Source: Octopus vulgaris (taxonomy: Eukaryota). Taken from it: a DNA stretch of 64,000 nucleotides. The stretch is taken from positions 16,306,001-16,370,000 of the forward strand of contig OX597822.1 of assembly GCA_951406725.2 (NCBI GenBank). Reading direction: 5' to 3'. The translations under genes and the position numbers were made by a program. Positions 42,157-57,396 of this stretch are shown piece by piece; position 1 is the first letter of the stretch, and every line of letters begins with the position of its first letter. A model generated the notes under the pieces. It had not been told where the DNA came from. It saw only the letters and a program-made list of their open reading frames with translations, and made no database searches.

Positions 42157-42944
42157 TAAATGTTGCTATTCCTTTATTCTGGTTAGAATAAATGCAGTCT
42201 AAACGGTGTAGCACATACAAGAATATTGACGCTACGGCAATAGGTCACTCACATATAATGTTAATGAATTCTTTCTGTTCAACGTAATACTAGATTTGTA
42301 CTGGAAAAGTACAAGTAAAACTGAACTAAATCTACTAAATTCGCCGGTACATATTTTAGCTTCGCGCTTAACAGTGGCGAATGACAACGCTGTTCAGAAA
42401 TTAAATCAACGGGAGACTGAACTCGACAGCATAAATCATGAGTTGTTCTGAAGCTTATTGCTCTTCTGTGTTTTTACAATGCAAAAGGGTTCTGTGTTTT
42501 CAATATAAAACGACATGTTTTGACCTTTTCCGTCTTCCATAAGGTCATTACTGATGTGAAAGAAATAAAATTACTTTAGTAGAAATCGGAATAAGAGAGC
42601 TTCTAACAAATATTCACATGCTCTCAACAGACACACGCACTATCTTATTTGCTGGAGTGGGTTATTCAGAAGTTTTTAACTTTGCTTATGTTCAGGAAGA
42701 TAAATTAGATGATACAAAATGTGTCAGGCTATCTCACAACAGATTATTGGTCACAGACGGATAACGCAGATTTAAATAATTGGATTAAAGTTATGAAGAA
42801 ATCTGATTTCCATCTCGAGATTAAATTGTATTCAATTAATTACAATGTTAAGCAAATTCCACTTTGTTAATTTATGATGACTTTATGATTTTAAGTAACT
42901 TTAATTATTTTAATTTATTACAATATGTAAGTAATTTGAATTTT

Positions 42945-43190
42945 TCGAGACTGCCAAACCTGTGATGTCGGAAATCATGTGGATTTCTCAGTGGAAATAA
43001 CCGTCCAGCTGAAGGGCCATTGCTTTGATATGAACATCGAACGTCAAAACAAGCTAAACTCGTCAAGAACTATTTCCTTAAACAAAATCGTTTGCTGATT
43101 ATTCATGAATTATTGAGAGTATGACAGAAACTGTTTTGCATTATTTAGTTGCATCCCTTCATATTCTTAGACCAAGTCTTACCTGCATTA
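42945..43190 (+). pseudogene. Possible mariner 3' relic
   Basis: QLKGHCFD resembles the mariner LKGxRF block; little else remains. Confidence 0.3.
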
Positions 43191-44943
43191 CCTTTTTTTA
43201 TTATTCTTCGAGATGTCGATAAAGAGTACCAGTTAATTAATGGGGCACAGATTTAGCCGATTATACGTGATATTCCAAATCATTTCTAAACTTATGGTAA
43301 ACTGCAGAAAATTCCATGACTCATCTGACATAATTAGATAAGTTATGTTTATTACTTAAAACGTCTCCATAATATTCTTTATATGTGAAAGTAAAAAAAA
43401 AAACGAGAGCGAACGTAGAAAAACCGGGACATTAAAATAGATATTTCACAGTGGACACTTTCTAATCAGCGATATTCCTGTTTTAACCAACGATGGTGAG
43501 CCTGATAAATCAGGTAATATGCAAGTCTTATTTTTTCTACTGTATTAAATATTTGTTTTTCACATCAAAGCAAATAATATCTTAAGAAGGGAAATACCTC
43601 AAAGTTTCTGCAATATATTTTCAAGAGAACATAAATGTTAATATCTAGGATTGGGGAGTATAAAATGTTCATATTTAGAGAAAACAATGTGTGTCGAATT
43701 CATAAACACCTTATAAATACCTTCCACGCTGCAATTATTTTCGTTCCAGCACACGATCTCAGATCAGGTCACTTGCTATGCAAGTATATCTCCGTAAATG
43801 TGTGTCTAATACATCATTTCAAAATAATTTAAGAATTCATATCTTTCTATTTAATCTATGCAATAGTTTATTTTGTGTCACGTTAGGAAGGGAAATGTAC
43901 ATATGATAATAACTATGGTTGACTTAAAACTTTCAAAACATTGTGACAAAACTGATGAGAAGCAAATTTGGTTTTAGTGTCAGACTATTTAATAAGGAAA
44001 CTAAATACTTCTGTTTTTCTTTTAAATTCCACATTCCGATGTTTCGGACGTACGAACCGGTATTAAAATATCTTAGATATTTCAAAATCGCTTTTTATAG
44101 TAGTTGTTTGCAGTACCACCTTATTAAATCTCTGCTTCTGCGAATGTAAAATTTATAGAACGATGTGCGTAGGTAGATCAAGGAATACGGTTAGAGAGTT
44201 AATGCGGATTACAAAGAAATAGGAAAACAAAATAAAAAGAAAGAACGGAATGGATGGACTCAAGAAAAAAGAAATTAAAGAAACATGAAAGAAACTAAAG
44301 TGAGAAACAGAGAGAATATGTGAGAAAGAAATGAAATAAATTATAACTAAGCTGGATAAAGAGAAGTAATATCATAATAAAGCAGTAGAAACAAGTATAT
44401 GAGGAGAGTAAGTGAAGGGGAATGAGATCATTGATCTCATGAGGGGTTAAGAGACGAATCAAAATTGTGATCGGTGTAATAAACAACGTGTAGAGGCATA
44501 GAAACAAATATTACCTATAAAGGGACAAAACGACAAATGTATAATGTTTAATTTACTGGAATTAACAATTGCACGTCGTAAATTTTTATGTTCTAAATGA
44601 TATAATGGAATTTTTATTACAAAGAAACCTATAATTTTTTTTCACCATCTTTTTATCGATTGAGTGTTCCAGCTTCATGTGTGAGTGTGTATATGTGCAG
44701 ATGTTTACATATATGTATACGTGTAAATGAGTATGTTTCGTGTGGTGAAAAGTATACAGAGAAACACACACACACACATAGATATAGATAGAGAAAAAGA
44801 TGTATAGAGAGAGATGTACTTTTGAGTATATGTGCGTATTCATATATCTGAATCTGATCGTTTATTTCTACATCTCCCAATTTATCTTTCTCTAAACTCC
44901 CATTTTTAAATATACAAAAGCACACGTATACATACATACATAG

Positions 44944-45002
<59 letters not shown>

Positions 45003-45007
45003 CATAT

Positions 45008-45054
<47 letters not shown>

Positions 45055-48000
45055 CACGCGCACATACATATGTAGGTATATACCATAAATATCGCCTTGT
45101 CATAAAAACTCATTTTGTATTCCTTATCTTTAAGCTCAGAGGCATTGTCAGGAGGAATGAAGAATGGCGAGTTATCCTCCTATTGATTGAAAACAATATC
45201 CTCACAATGCATGCTCTGCCACAATATCAATTAATGTGCGCCTGTGTTTCCTTGTGTGTATGTACTTGGGTCTGCGTGCGGGAATCCAGGATATTTTTTT
45301 TTAAATTCCTTTTATCTCTGATTTTTATTTTTAACGAATAACAAGCAAACCAGTTGTGAACAGATACAGACACATACTTGCAGTGAACAACTTTGAACTT
45401 CACTGCTTCTAAAGGGTACTTGCCGAAAAGAAAATTACAAGGACCCTAAAAAATTTTTTGCTTGAGTTGCAACGCAATAACAGTGGTATGATATGAACAA
45501 TACAGCAATCAGATTAGCTTTATAACATTTTTATAGCTGCAAATCACACATCAACAAAATATATCTTTAACCTGCAGCTATGTTATCTTCTAACTCCTGT
45601 TAGTATAGTGACCTACACGCCTAGGAAATGGCTGGTGCGTTGCCACTACCGAGTCATTCGTCTCTCCTCTTCCCGTCACTCATGTTATGTTACACTACCA
45701 CAAATAAGTTTCTAACAAACACATCCATTGCATCTTCACCAGAAAGTTAGAATGGTTTTTGTGTAGGAAAGCGGGAGGGGGGTGTCTGTGTGTTTATGTG
45801 CAACCATCAATTTGCATATATTCAGCGGCAGATACCTCACTGAAGTCACCGACAGGGCTTGCGAAGGATGTGAGCCTTAGTGCCTTACTCTAACAAATGA
45901 TTTAAAATGTAGCTGCTCACTATGAGATGGCCTAAAACTAAGCAACAAAGATAACAATAACGATAGCAACAAACACACACTCGACAAATTACATAGGACT
46001 TTTCAGAGACACATGTGAAAGGTGTGTTCGTATATTTTACGTGTTCCAGACCACAAACTTTTATTTTCGTATTGTATGAAAACATTCGAAACGTTGAGTT
46101 CCAAATTCTGTATTGTATATATATATATATATATAAAATTTTATCTACGGAAAGTTATAATTTTATTTTTGTTTCCTTTAAAAATGTTTTTTGTTTCAAT
46201 CATTCGACGTTTGTTGTTTGGTAAAAGTTTTTAAATACGTTCAATGTTTACTTATTGATGTGTATATCAATAAATATCAATAATAAAAGAATGAGTGTTG
46301 TGTATCGTAAAAAAGCTTGAGAAAAATCAGTGAGGAAAGCCGTCATCTGATTATATTGAGAAGATTTAAATTCCTAAATGTATAGAAACTAAACGAATTT
46401 CGAATATCAGGTACACTACATCAAAGATATATTTTCTATGGGTTTTTTCCTCTCAATGTAGTGTGCTCTTCGTCTCGGAAAAATATTTCTTGTTAAATAA
46501 TACGATTGAAGTTATTTTTATCAATTTTTGTTTGATATTTCTATAAACTAAAGGAAATAAACATAATTGACCGTGTGTCAACGTAATTTAAATGTTTTGG
46601 TTTATTGATTCACACTACGGTAGATTGCAACCTATTCTGTAATGTAGATCACCTCGTCTGTGTTGCAACAACAACAACAATACTTTGGCTGCTGCAGAAA
46701 TTCAAGAAGTGTCGGGGCAAGTGAAACTGGGTCGCTATTATTTCGTTTAGTGTTGGTGAAATACATACATACTTGTAGCACCCGGGGAAATGTAAAGTAA
46801 CATTTCCAGAGAATGGAAAACGTATGTAATTTTCGGAACCTCCAAAACGATGAGAGTGTGAAAGAAAGTTTAAACTGAAGACCTGCACTGAACTAATAAC
46901 AGAGTCTTGTCCTGCAGAAAAGATTGATTGAGTATTCCGTAAGAATTCTAAGAAAGATTCTTGAGACTTGTGGATACTGGTTTCACTTAACCATAGGATA
47001 AGATCCTTGCTAACAATTATGGTATATAATAGCTTTAATAATAACAATATTAAAAATGATGGTGGTGGTGGTGGTGGTGGTGGTGGTGGTGTGGTGACGA
47101 TATGAAGATTTCCTTTCATCACTGCGTATTCTGTGTTAAGATTTGTTTGTGAGTGTGATATATCAAATACGATTCAATAATTAAAAGTACACAAGCAAAA
47201 CATGAACATAAGTAAATTAATGTTACGCTGTAAGGGAGAAAGAGCGGTGAATTCGACGTTTTAGACAATTGTCCTATTCGCAGAAAAGCAAAGATGAGCA
47301 GGAATGGAATTTTAGTAGAAAAAAATTGTTGCAGCATCATGATAGATATTTCGCACCTGATTTAACACCATGTATTACTGTTAAACTGGATATGATAACA
47401 GATTAAGGATGTCAAACGAATCCTTAATGACTCAAATACTGGATTGAATGTCGCTCATTGCTTAAATCTCTTTTCAATCTCAAATCTAGTCAAAGTTGAA
47501 GATGCCATTCCTATTTCCTGGTTCGATAAAACACAAACCCGGCTATGTAAAAGGGTTCTCTCGATCGGAAATACCTCCTCTCAGGATTTCTGGCCTAGTG
47601 TCCACGGTTAAAAATAAAACCCCCATTTTGGAGACATCCGTCTATGATTTTCATTCAAATACATTCCAAGCTGACTTTCATTTTATATTTCTAGATCTCG
47701 CGGTTGATAAAATAACCACAAGTTACATAGTAGTGTCTGGTAAATAGATTTACCATACCTTGTTTCGTGAATTCTTAGTAAGCAATCGTCAGTAAATATA
47801 ATATTACAGATAAATAACTAGATAAAGGTCTTCGGGTTTAAATGCAATTGAATCAATATACACACTACACTAGCCTAACATTAATCATTAAATAACATTA
47901 AGTTGATAAAATTGATATTTAAATACCTTTGTGAAAGGCAATAACCTTCTTTGTTTCCTATCCCAACATTTTGCAGTATTGATCATTATCAAACAAAATA

Positions 48001-48099
48001 AATAATAGGATCGAGAATAGATTGAAATACACGCCTAGAATAAATACGAAAGCAACAATGGCAAATAATCGCAAGAACACAAGAAACGCATCCTTTATA

Positions 48100-48183
48100 C
48101 GTGTATGTGTATACACACACACACACACACACACACTTCAAATCACACGCACACACACACACACACACATATATGTATGTATG

Positions 48184-48235
<52 letters not shown>

Positions 48236-48297
48236 GACATATACACACACGTATATGTATGTATGGCATATGTATATATACATATATATATACATAA

Positions 48298-48346
<49 letters not shown>

Positions 48347-48681
48347 CATATATATATATAAACATATATATATGTATATACATATGCATATACGTATATA
48401 TATGCGCAAATATATATACATAAACATGTATATATATATATATACATATGTATATATACATATATCTACACGTAGATATATTGATAAATGTGTACACATA
48501 AATAAGTATGCATACATATATAAAGATACGCTTGCACACGTATACACATATACATTCTATGTATAGACATAGAATGCTTCATTTATGTATGTGTATATAT
48601 GTTTATATATATTCTTCCCTCTGTATGATAAATTATTGCATTCATGTGTGTATATATGTATACATATGTATATGCATATGC

Positions 48682-48716
<35 letters not shown>

Positions 48717-48816
48717 TTCTATGTATATCATGGATTGTTACATTCATGTGTATATATAAGTATATATATATGTATATACATGTATGTATGCATATATATA
48801 TATATATATATATTAA

Positions 48817-48897
<81 letters not shown>
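48100..48897. repeat. Long degenerate (TA)/(CA)/(TTA) microsatellite tract
   Basis: Direct. Confidence 0.92.
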
Positions 48898-49137
48898 GTG
48901 TATAAATGTGAGTAGATGTATACGTATCTATACAAATATATTCGTGAGGTTTTCACTTTCGAAAAGCTCTTGATTTTGTGAGTGTGTATATGCGTATGCG
49001 CGCTTTTATAATGATAAATAAACTTAATATTATCATTCTAAACAATTGTTAACTGCTTACATATTCCCAATTCCGCATGTCCTGTTTCGAAAGTCTATTG
49101 TAATATTCTTCCAAATATACATACGTACACACAGTCA

Positions 49138-49241
<104 letters not shown>

Positions 49242-49884
49242 GCATATATATATATATATATGAGCTTTCGCATCAATATTCAATTGTTTTTAAACAATTG
49301 CCGCTCCCTTTCAATATACAAATATCTGCTGCAATCTATATTAGATTGATTATTATCCAAATGTACATGGCAAGTAGAAGTGATCGTCATAATCATTCTA
49401 ACAACAAATAGCGATTCTTCAATCATCATCATCCCCAATACCAAAATAATAACCACCAAGAATCACCATCATTATCACATTCATCACCTCAACCATCGCT
49501 ATCACAGCCATGAAGTTATCGTAATTATCGCGTTAATAATATTTCCCACCGTTACCCTCTTCAACAGAACGTAGCATTAACATGAATATCATAAATATCA
49601 TCATAGTTTCCTATGATAATAGTCAAATGTTATCATTTTCCCTCGTAGTAGTCTACTTAATTTCTTTCCTTTTATCTATTATGTCTGCGAAATTTTCCCA
49701 GCAACTCTACGTAAGTTCTTATCTCCGACATCTTACAATAGTTGTATATATACCATATTAATCCATAAGTAATTTATATGCATATGCAGACACACACTGA
49801 CTATCGCACTAGTATATTTGGATGTGTGAATATATGTGTATATATATAAACACAGGCGCTGACGTGATTGTGTGATAAGAAGCA

Positions 49885-50230
49885 TAGGCGCAAGTGTGGC
49901 TGTGTGGTAAAAAGCTTGCTTCCCAACCAATGGTTCTTGGTTCAGTCGTACCTCGTGGCACCTTAGTCAAGTGACTTCTACTACAGCCTCAGGCCCAAAG
50001 CCTTGTGAGTGTATTATATATATATATAAATTTGTGTGTGCCTGTGTATGCTCCCCACCATCGATGCTGGTGTGCTTATGTCCCGTACGTTAGCGGCTCG
50101 GCAAAAGACAACGGTAGAATAAGTACTAGGCTTACAAAGCATAAGTCCTGGTGTTGATCTGTTCGACTAAAGACGGTGCTCCAGCACGGCCGCAGTCAAA
50201 TGACTGAAATAAGTGAATGAATAAAACGAT
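49885..50230 (+). mobile_element. SINE family A, preceded by a partial duplicate head at 49852-49883
   Basis: TAGGCGCAAGTGTGGCTGTGTGGTAAAAAGCTTGCTTCCCAACC...GGCCGCAGTCAAATGACTGAAA. Confidence 0.87.
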
Positions 50231-50404
50231 AAAACAATACGTATATACACGCGCGCACATATGTGTGTAAGACAGACTGTCTATAGTGTATTCACCCCAG
50301 CTACACAAACACATACACACACTCACACACACTCACACACACACACTCACACACACACTTACACACACACACTCACACACACACACTCACTCACTCACAC
50401 ACAT

Positions 50405-50436
<32 letters not shown>

Positions 50437-50963
50437 GTGTGTGTATGTATATATATCTTTGGAGTTGCTGCCCACAGTTGTGTTTCTCAATTGCAAAGTA
50501 ATTTGGAGTTTTAGACAAAGAATGTCGAATTGTGTTTGAAAGCATCTATGGACCACTTCTGTCTCTTATGGCTTTCGGTTGGATTATTGAAAAGCTGTGA
50601 CCGTTTGAAACTTAAGCCATTGCAGTATCTGTTCCTGAACCTAGATGGCGTTGATATCTCTTTCACATTATGAAGGTGCTCCATATTAATTGGAAAGCCA
50701 AAACCTAGAATATTATTGGGTCGAGCTGGGTAAAGTAATCATGCTCCTTGAATAACATACTGCTGTGGCTCAATCGGTGATCAATCAGCGTGCTTTTGTT
50801 CACGCTGTACCACTCCTGAAAGAAAGTGGCCTTCGGGCCTTCAGATTTTTGGGCGGATGACATCTCCCATCAGATCTAATTTCATTTTCTGAAGCAGTCT
50901 AAACTTATCCATATTCGGGAGCGTCACGTGGCCAATATGTAGGACATATAGCTATTTTAGTTG

Positions 50964-51018
<55 letters not shown>

Positions 51019-51019
<1 letters not shown>

Positions 51020-51406
51020 TCTTTTACTCTTTTACTTGTTTCAGTCATTTGACTGCGGCCATGCTGGAGCACCGCTTTTAGTCGAGCAAATCGACCCCAG
51101 GACTTATTCTTTGTAAGCCCAGTACTTGTTCTATCGGACCGCTAAGTGACGGGGACGTAAACACACCAGCATCGGTTGTCAAGCAATGCTAGGGGGACAA
51201 ACACAGACACACAAACATACACACACACAGATATATATATATACATACATATATACGACGGGCTTCTTTCAGTTTCCGTCTACCAAATCCACTCACAAGG
51301 CTTTAGTCGGCCCGAGGCTATAGTAGAAGACACTTGCCCAAGTTGCCACTGAACCCGGAACCATGTGGTTGGTAAGCAAGCTACTTACCACACAGCCACT
51401 CCTGCG

Positions 51407-51410
<4 letters not shown>
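51019..51410 (-). mobile_element. SINE family A (least diverged copy), inserted in (TA)n
   Basis: tRNA-like head with A and B boxes, internal TA/TG microsatellite, tail ending in GTAAAAGA repeats. Confidence 0.9.
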
Positions 51411-51451
<41 letters not shown>

Positions 51452-51483
51452 GTATGTATATTATATGTATATAATAATATAAT

Positions 51484-51656
51484 ATGTGATAATTAGTCGG
51501 TTGCCGTAATAAAACTCAGAGTTTCGGATGTCGGGGTGGAAGTCTGCTCCGGCATCTCGTCAGTTTGTGTTAATAACTGACGAGATGCCGGAGCAGACTT
51601 TTGCCTCGACATCTGAAACTCTGAGCTTTATTATGACAACCGACTAATTATCACAT
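51484..51656. mobile_element. Head-to-head inverted pair of HHR-bearing pLTR-like units
   Basis: Arms 51484-51565 and 51575-51656 each read CTGACGA-GATGCCGGAG...CGACATC-(C/T)GAAA-CTCTGAG-(T/C)T-TTATTA. Confidence 0.75.
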
Positions 51657-51834
51657 TATGTTATAGATAAATTCCTCTGTTTTACATAATGTCGAGGTTT
51701 CATTCTTTCTTTTGTTGCCATATTATTGAATTTTTTAACTTCAATTTCTCACAAATTAAAATATTTATTGCATTCACTGCGTTGTATTCCGTTTTCGTTT
51801 GCCGAAGTCTCTCACTTTCTGTTCTATATTTAAG

Positions 51835-51982
51835 AGATGAGGAATTATGTACATCATTTACTTTATTTACATTTGACAGATATTTGTCCTCATCTTCTGT
51901 GTTGTTAACACAACGTTTCGGCTGATGCACCCTCCAACATTCATCAGGTGTCTTGGGGACATTTCGAACCTGGGTTCGAAAT
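51835..51982 (-). mobile_element. pLTR-like fragment with a minimal HHR (51907-51952)
   Basis: GACAC-CTGATGA-A-TGTTGG-agggtgca-TCAGCC-GAAA-CG-TT-GTGTT; ends in the palindrome ATTTCGAACC-TG-GGTTCGAAAT. Confidence 0.7.
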
Positions 51983-52005
51983 ATACGTATAGATATATCT
52001 GTATA

Positions 52006-52379
52006 TCTATTATATAAAATTCGTTCTGTCTGTGTGTGTCTTCTAGGATCTCGGGCATCTTCCATCCGATTGCGCTTAAATTTGATATGTGGGTACCAAT
52101 GGTATCTGGACGTGTATAAGTCTTGAAAAAATTACAAAAATAGATTCCAGGTGAGAATGCGACCGATAAAGCCGTGGGAATGTGCATTTGTATGCGCAAG
52201 TACATCAGCTGTTGCGATCGATACTACGCGTACGCGAGAAAAATGCACGTGCCGTTTGCGCAAAAAAAAGCCAGCTGGCTTGAAATAATGCCACAAAATG
52301 GAACGGTCGGACGAGTTGTTTTGAGAAAATTTGGTTTAAATATTCAGCACCGTCCATTGGACGGGGTGCGTTTTGCTTG
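52006..52379 (+). mobile_element. Non-autonomous Helitron
   Basis: 5' A|TCTATTATATAAAA, 3' hairpin CCGTCCA-T-TGGACGG followed by CTTG|T (CTRR-like); second copy at 61992-62552. Confidence 0.8.
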
Positions 52380-52393
52380 TATATACATACATA

Positions 52394-54115
<1,722 letters not shown>

Positions 54116-54139
54116 GTGTGTATCTATCTATATATATAT

Positions 54140-54348
54140 AGTTAATCCAAACAAGAAAGCACAAAAAAAACACAACAACACGAGGACGTGGAACAAATAT
54201 AGTATTATTGGACGCTCAGGAAAGAAGGAAAGAAGGAGGGTTTAACGTTTCGAGCGGAGCTCTTCGTCGGAAACATAGGAGAAGGAAAGATCCAGAGAAG
54301 GGAAGACGGAGGGAAAAAAATCGCCAGCGGTACACACGCGGTCACATT
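54140..54348 (-). mobile_element. Family P2 pLTR-like element with a minimal HHR (54240-54274)
   Basis: GTTT-CCGACGA-A-GAGC-TCC-GCTC-GAAA-CG-TT-AAAC; 3' end abuts (TA)n; matches 12880-13001. Confidence 0.75.
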
Positions 54349-54355
54349 TATATAA

Positions 54356-55150
54356 ACTGGGCAACCCGTGACCCGTCGGGTCACCGGGAAACTGAGTTTC
54401 CCAGCAGCAGAGTTTTGCGGGTTGGAAAGATTTGGCTGCTATTTCTTGCTCACCTTGGTACCACGCGACAGGTATTGCGGGGCCTTTATCGCAATCAGAT
54501 GTTACGTTGTAGCAGGGCCTGCTAGGAATAGCAGCCAAATCTTTGGAGGGAAGACACACTCGAAAATCCTATTTAACACTGAGCTTACAAACGGGTCTTT
54601 TACGAAATATCTACCACATTTTTAAAGTCATTTTCACTTTAGAATATTCTTTAAGTATGCCAAAAAAAAATTTGTAATGGTATTCACTTGAAAATACTTT
54701 TTGAAAACATCAAAATATTGTCTGTTTAAAGAAAGCTTAAATATAAATATTTACTGTACAAACAGTTTACATTTTTGAAATCACATTCACTTAAAAATAT
54801 TTCTAAATGATTAAAATATTGTTTAACAAAAGCGAGAATAGGAATTGTAAAAAAAAAATCGGTTTTTTTTTTCGTTGTCAATTCACTGTTTAATAGAAAG
54901 ATGAGATTTTCTTTCTTTTCAGAATGAAGATTATTTTGGAAACATTTTCCCATTATACATCGTTTGGAGTAATTATACCCTAAAAATCTCTAATATCTTG
55001 AAAACTACTTCATCGATTTTCGCGAAACTTGTTTCATTCGATTCGTTTTAACATTTCAGGGTTACTTAATTCATGCTACTTTCCTATTATGCGCCAGTTT
55101 CGCTGATTAACATTACAAGCAATTTTGAAACTGACTTTTAATGTATTATA
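54356..55150 (-). mobile_element. Probable non-autonomous Helitron
   Basis: Minus strand ends CCCGGTGACCCG-A-CGGGTCACGGG-TTGC-CCAG|T (GC hairpin plus CTAG-like end); the 5' boundary is uncertain. Confidence 0.45.
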
Positions 55151-55219
55151 TATATATATATACACACACACATACTGAAATCAGTAAAAGGTAAAAAATA
55201 AAAGATTATATATATATAA

Positions 55220-56510
55220 TCTTTTATCTTTTACCTCTTACTGATTTCAACCAGAGGCTGGGGCTTCTTTCAGTGCCATTGGGTCTCCTTTCTGTACTGT
55301 TTTTGGTCAATAATAGAACTGGACAAAGTTTCTCTTCTTTGTGCCTCCTACCACCATATGGATTCATCTGGGATTTCAGATAGAAGTTTGTCCAGGTGCT
55401 TTTTGAATGTTTCCACATCTACACCCAGCAGATATCTTAGGTTCCTTGGCAGGATGTTAAACACTCGTGGTAACCGGAAACCCAAGTTGTTGCAATCATG
55501 TGTCCTCAACTGAGATAAAGAAGATCTTTGGTATTATGAAGTGCCGTCCTTTTCGGCAGTTGGTATAGCTTTTAATTCCAAAGTTGGGAACTAGAAATTC
55601 CAGGATCTTCCATATGTATAGCACAGCATACCTTTCTCGCCTTCTCTCCAGGGAATAGGGCTTTAGTTCTTGTAGCCTCTCCCAGTAGCTCATCTGTTTC
55701 ACCGAATCAATCTTCTTAGCGTTGTGGTGCTGGATTGCTTCAAGTTCTGCAACAAATTTGATGCCCCACAGTTTGGAGCAGTAATCCAGACGACTGGGGA
55801 CAAATACCCTCCATAGGAGTAGCAGGGATTCCTTATTTCTGGTCCTGATTGGCTCAACGCTGCCATCCTGGCAATATGCACATGGAATGTTGCCTTACTG
55901 CTCATGTAGATTCTTAGAGTGTTTGAATCTTATCAACACTGAACTACATGCTATTTTCATCAGCCTATTTATATATTGCATACAGATCATTTTGGAGTTT
56001 TGCTATGTCATCAAAGTCCTTGACTGCCTGAGATACTGTTATATTATTAGCGTAGCTGGTGAGGGTGGTTGACTGTACATCATGAGGGCATGTCTGAGAG
56101 AGACACGACAAACAATAGTGGTCCTAGTACAGTTCCCTGAGGAACTTCACTGCGGATGGATATCTTCCAGAGAGAGCACCATTGGCTGTAACTGTCTGAC
56201 TCCTGTCCTTCAAAAAGTCGTGCCAGCACTCTCCTCGTTTTCCAGCGACACCAGGGTCGCGTCGTTTGTGACATATCATCCCATGATCAACTTTGTCTAA
56301 GGTCTTGGCAAAGTCGAGATATATCACATCCACATTTGAGTAGTTGAGCTGCTGTTTCAGTACCCAGTCATAGTAGCTGTGTGAGATACCTCCTTCCTGG
56401 GTGGAAACTATGTTGTGTATTTGTGAGCAAGTTATTCTCTTCCAAGAAAATGATCAGTCTCCTTCTGATAATGTATTCCATGATCTTGCTAGTTTTTGGG
56501 ACGACTTTGC
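55220..56510 (-). mobile_element. CR1-clade LINE fragment (RT and C-terminus)
   Basis: DVIYLDFAKTLDKVDH, SEVPQGTVLGPLLF, LDYCSKLW and SYWERLQELKPYSLERRRER motifs. Confidence 0.9.
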
Positions 56511-56539
56511 TGATATTTTGTTGAATTTTATTCTACTGT

Positions 56540-56635
56540 CTTCGGAACGTTTTCCGCAAGCATTTTTGCCGCAGAAAATTTCGCCTCAGGATTTTTGCCC
56601 GTAGGAAAATTCGCCGCAAGACAATTTCCCCGAAA
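56540..56635 (+). repeat. About six degenerate 15-16 bp tandem repeats (consensus GGAAAATTCGCCGCA)
   Basis: Direct; an inverted related unit lies at 57520-57544. Confidence 0.7.
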
Positions 56636-56884
56636 AATAAAGATGAATTGCTCCTTTGGTATATAATTGTTTAACCAACCTATCTATTATATTATCATGG
56701 CAAAGCTAGAGGGGTGGGGGCAAAAGAAAGCAATTTAAAAGATGATGTTTTGAAAAAGAAAAAAAATTCTTCTTCAATGAAAAGTAATACAAAATAAATA
56801 TAACATTTACAAAGGACAAAAAGAAAACAAAAACAGAATTATAGACACACACACACACACATACATATATATATATTCGTTTTA

Positions 56885-56986
56885 ATTTTAAGAAAATAAA
56901 GATAAGAAATAGGTGGAAATTTTACGGGTGCGTGTGTTAAATTATAAGGCACAAAAAGAAAATGACTCTCCCCAGACACAACAGAA
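56885..56986 (+). mobile_element. Family P1 3' fragment
   Basis: Matches 12432-12535 and the reverse complement of 1802-1905. Confidence 0.8.
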
Positions 56987-57018
56987 TACATACATACATA
57001 CATACATACATACATACA

Positions 57019-57051
<33 letters not shown>

Positions 57052-57055
57052 GTAT

Positions 57056-57396
57056 ACCGGTTTCGCTATCGCTATCCATGATATTATGTTTTTCTTATTT
57101 GAATATATATTTTTTCTTAAGAAGATATTTGATCCATGTTGTGTGTGAGGAAATTCACGAGTGAATGACTTCACAAGTAGATAAATAAAGGGAGGTAATT
57201 GTTTGTTATTATTGTTATTGTTGTGGGACAGCAATAACAATAATAACAACCAATTACCTCCCTTTATTTATCTACTTGTGAAGTCATTCACTCGTAAATT
57301 TCCTCACACATAACATGGACCAAATTTCTTCTTAAGAGAAAATATATATTCAAATAAGAAAAACATAATATCATGAATAGCGATAGCGAAACCGGT
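57056..57396. repeat. Near-perfect 169-bp-arm palindrome with HHR relics at the outer ends
   Basis: Arms 57056-57224 and 57228-57396 around a 3-nt GGG loop, 8 mismatches by hand count; right end reads ATATC-ATGAATA-GC-GATA-GC-GAAA-CCGG-TC-GATAT. Confidence 0.93.

Noticed and set aside
47755-47800. Minus-strand CTGACGA...GAAAC motif
   Set aside because: No G-C base to stem II and a weak stem I; expected by chance
56540-56635. CRISPR-like array
   Set aside because: Units are adjacent with no unique spacers, the context is eukaryotic and there are no cas genes
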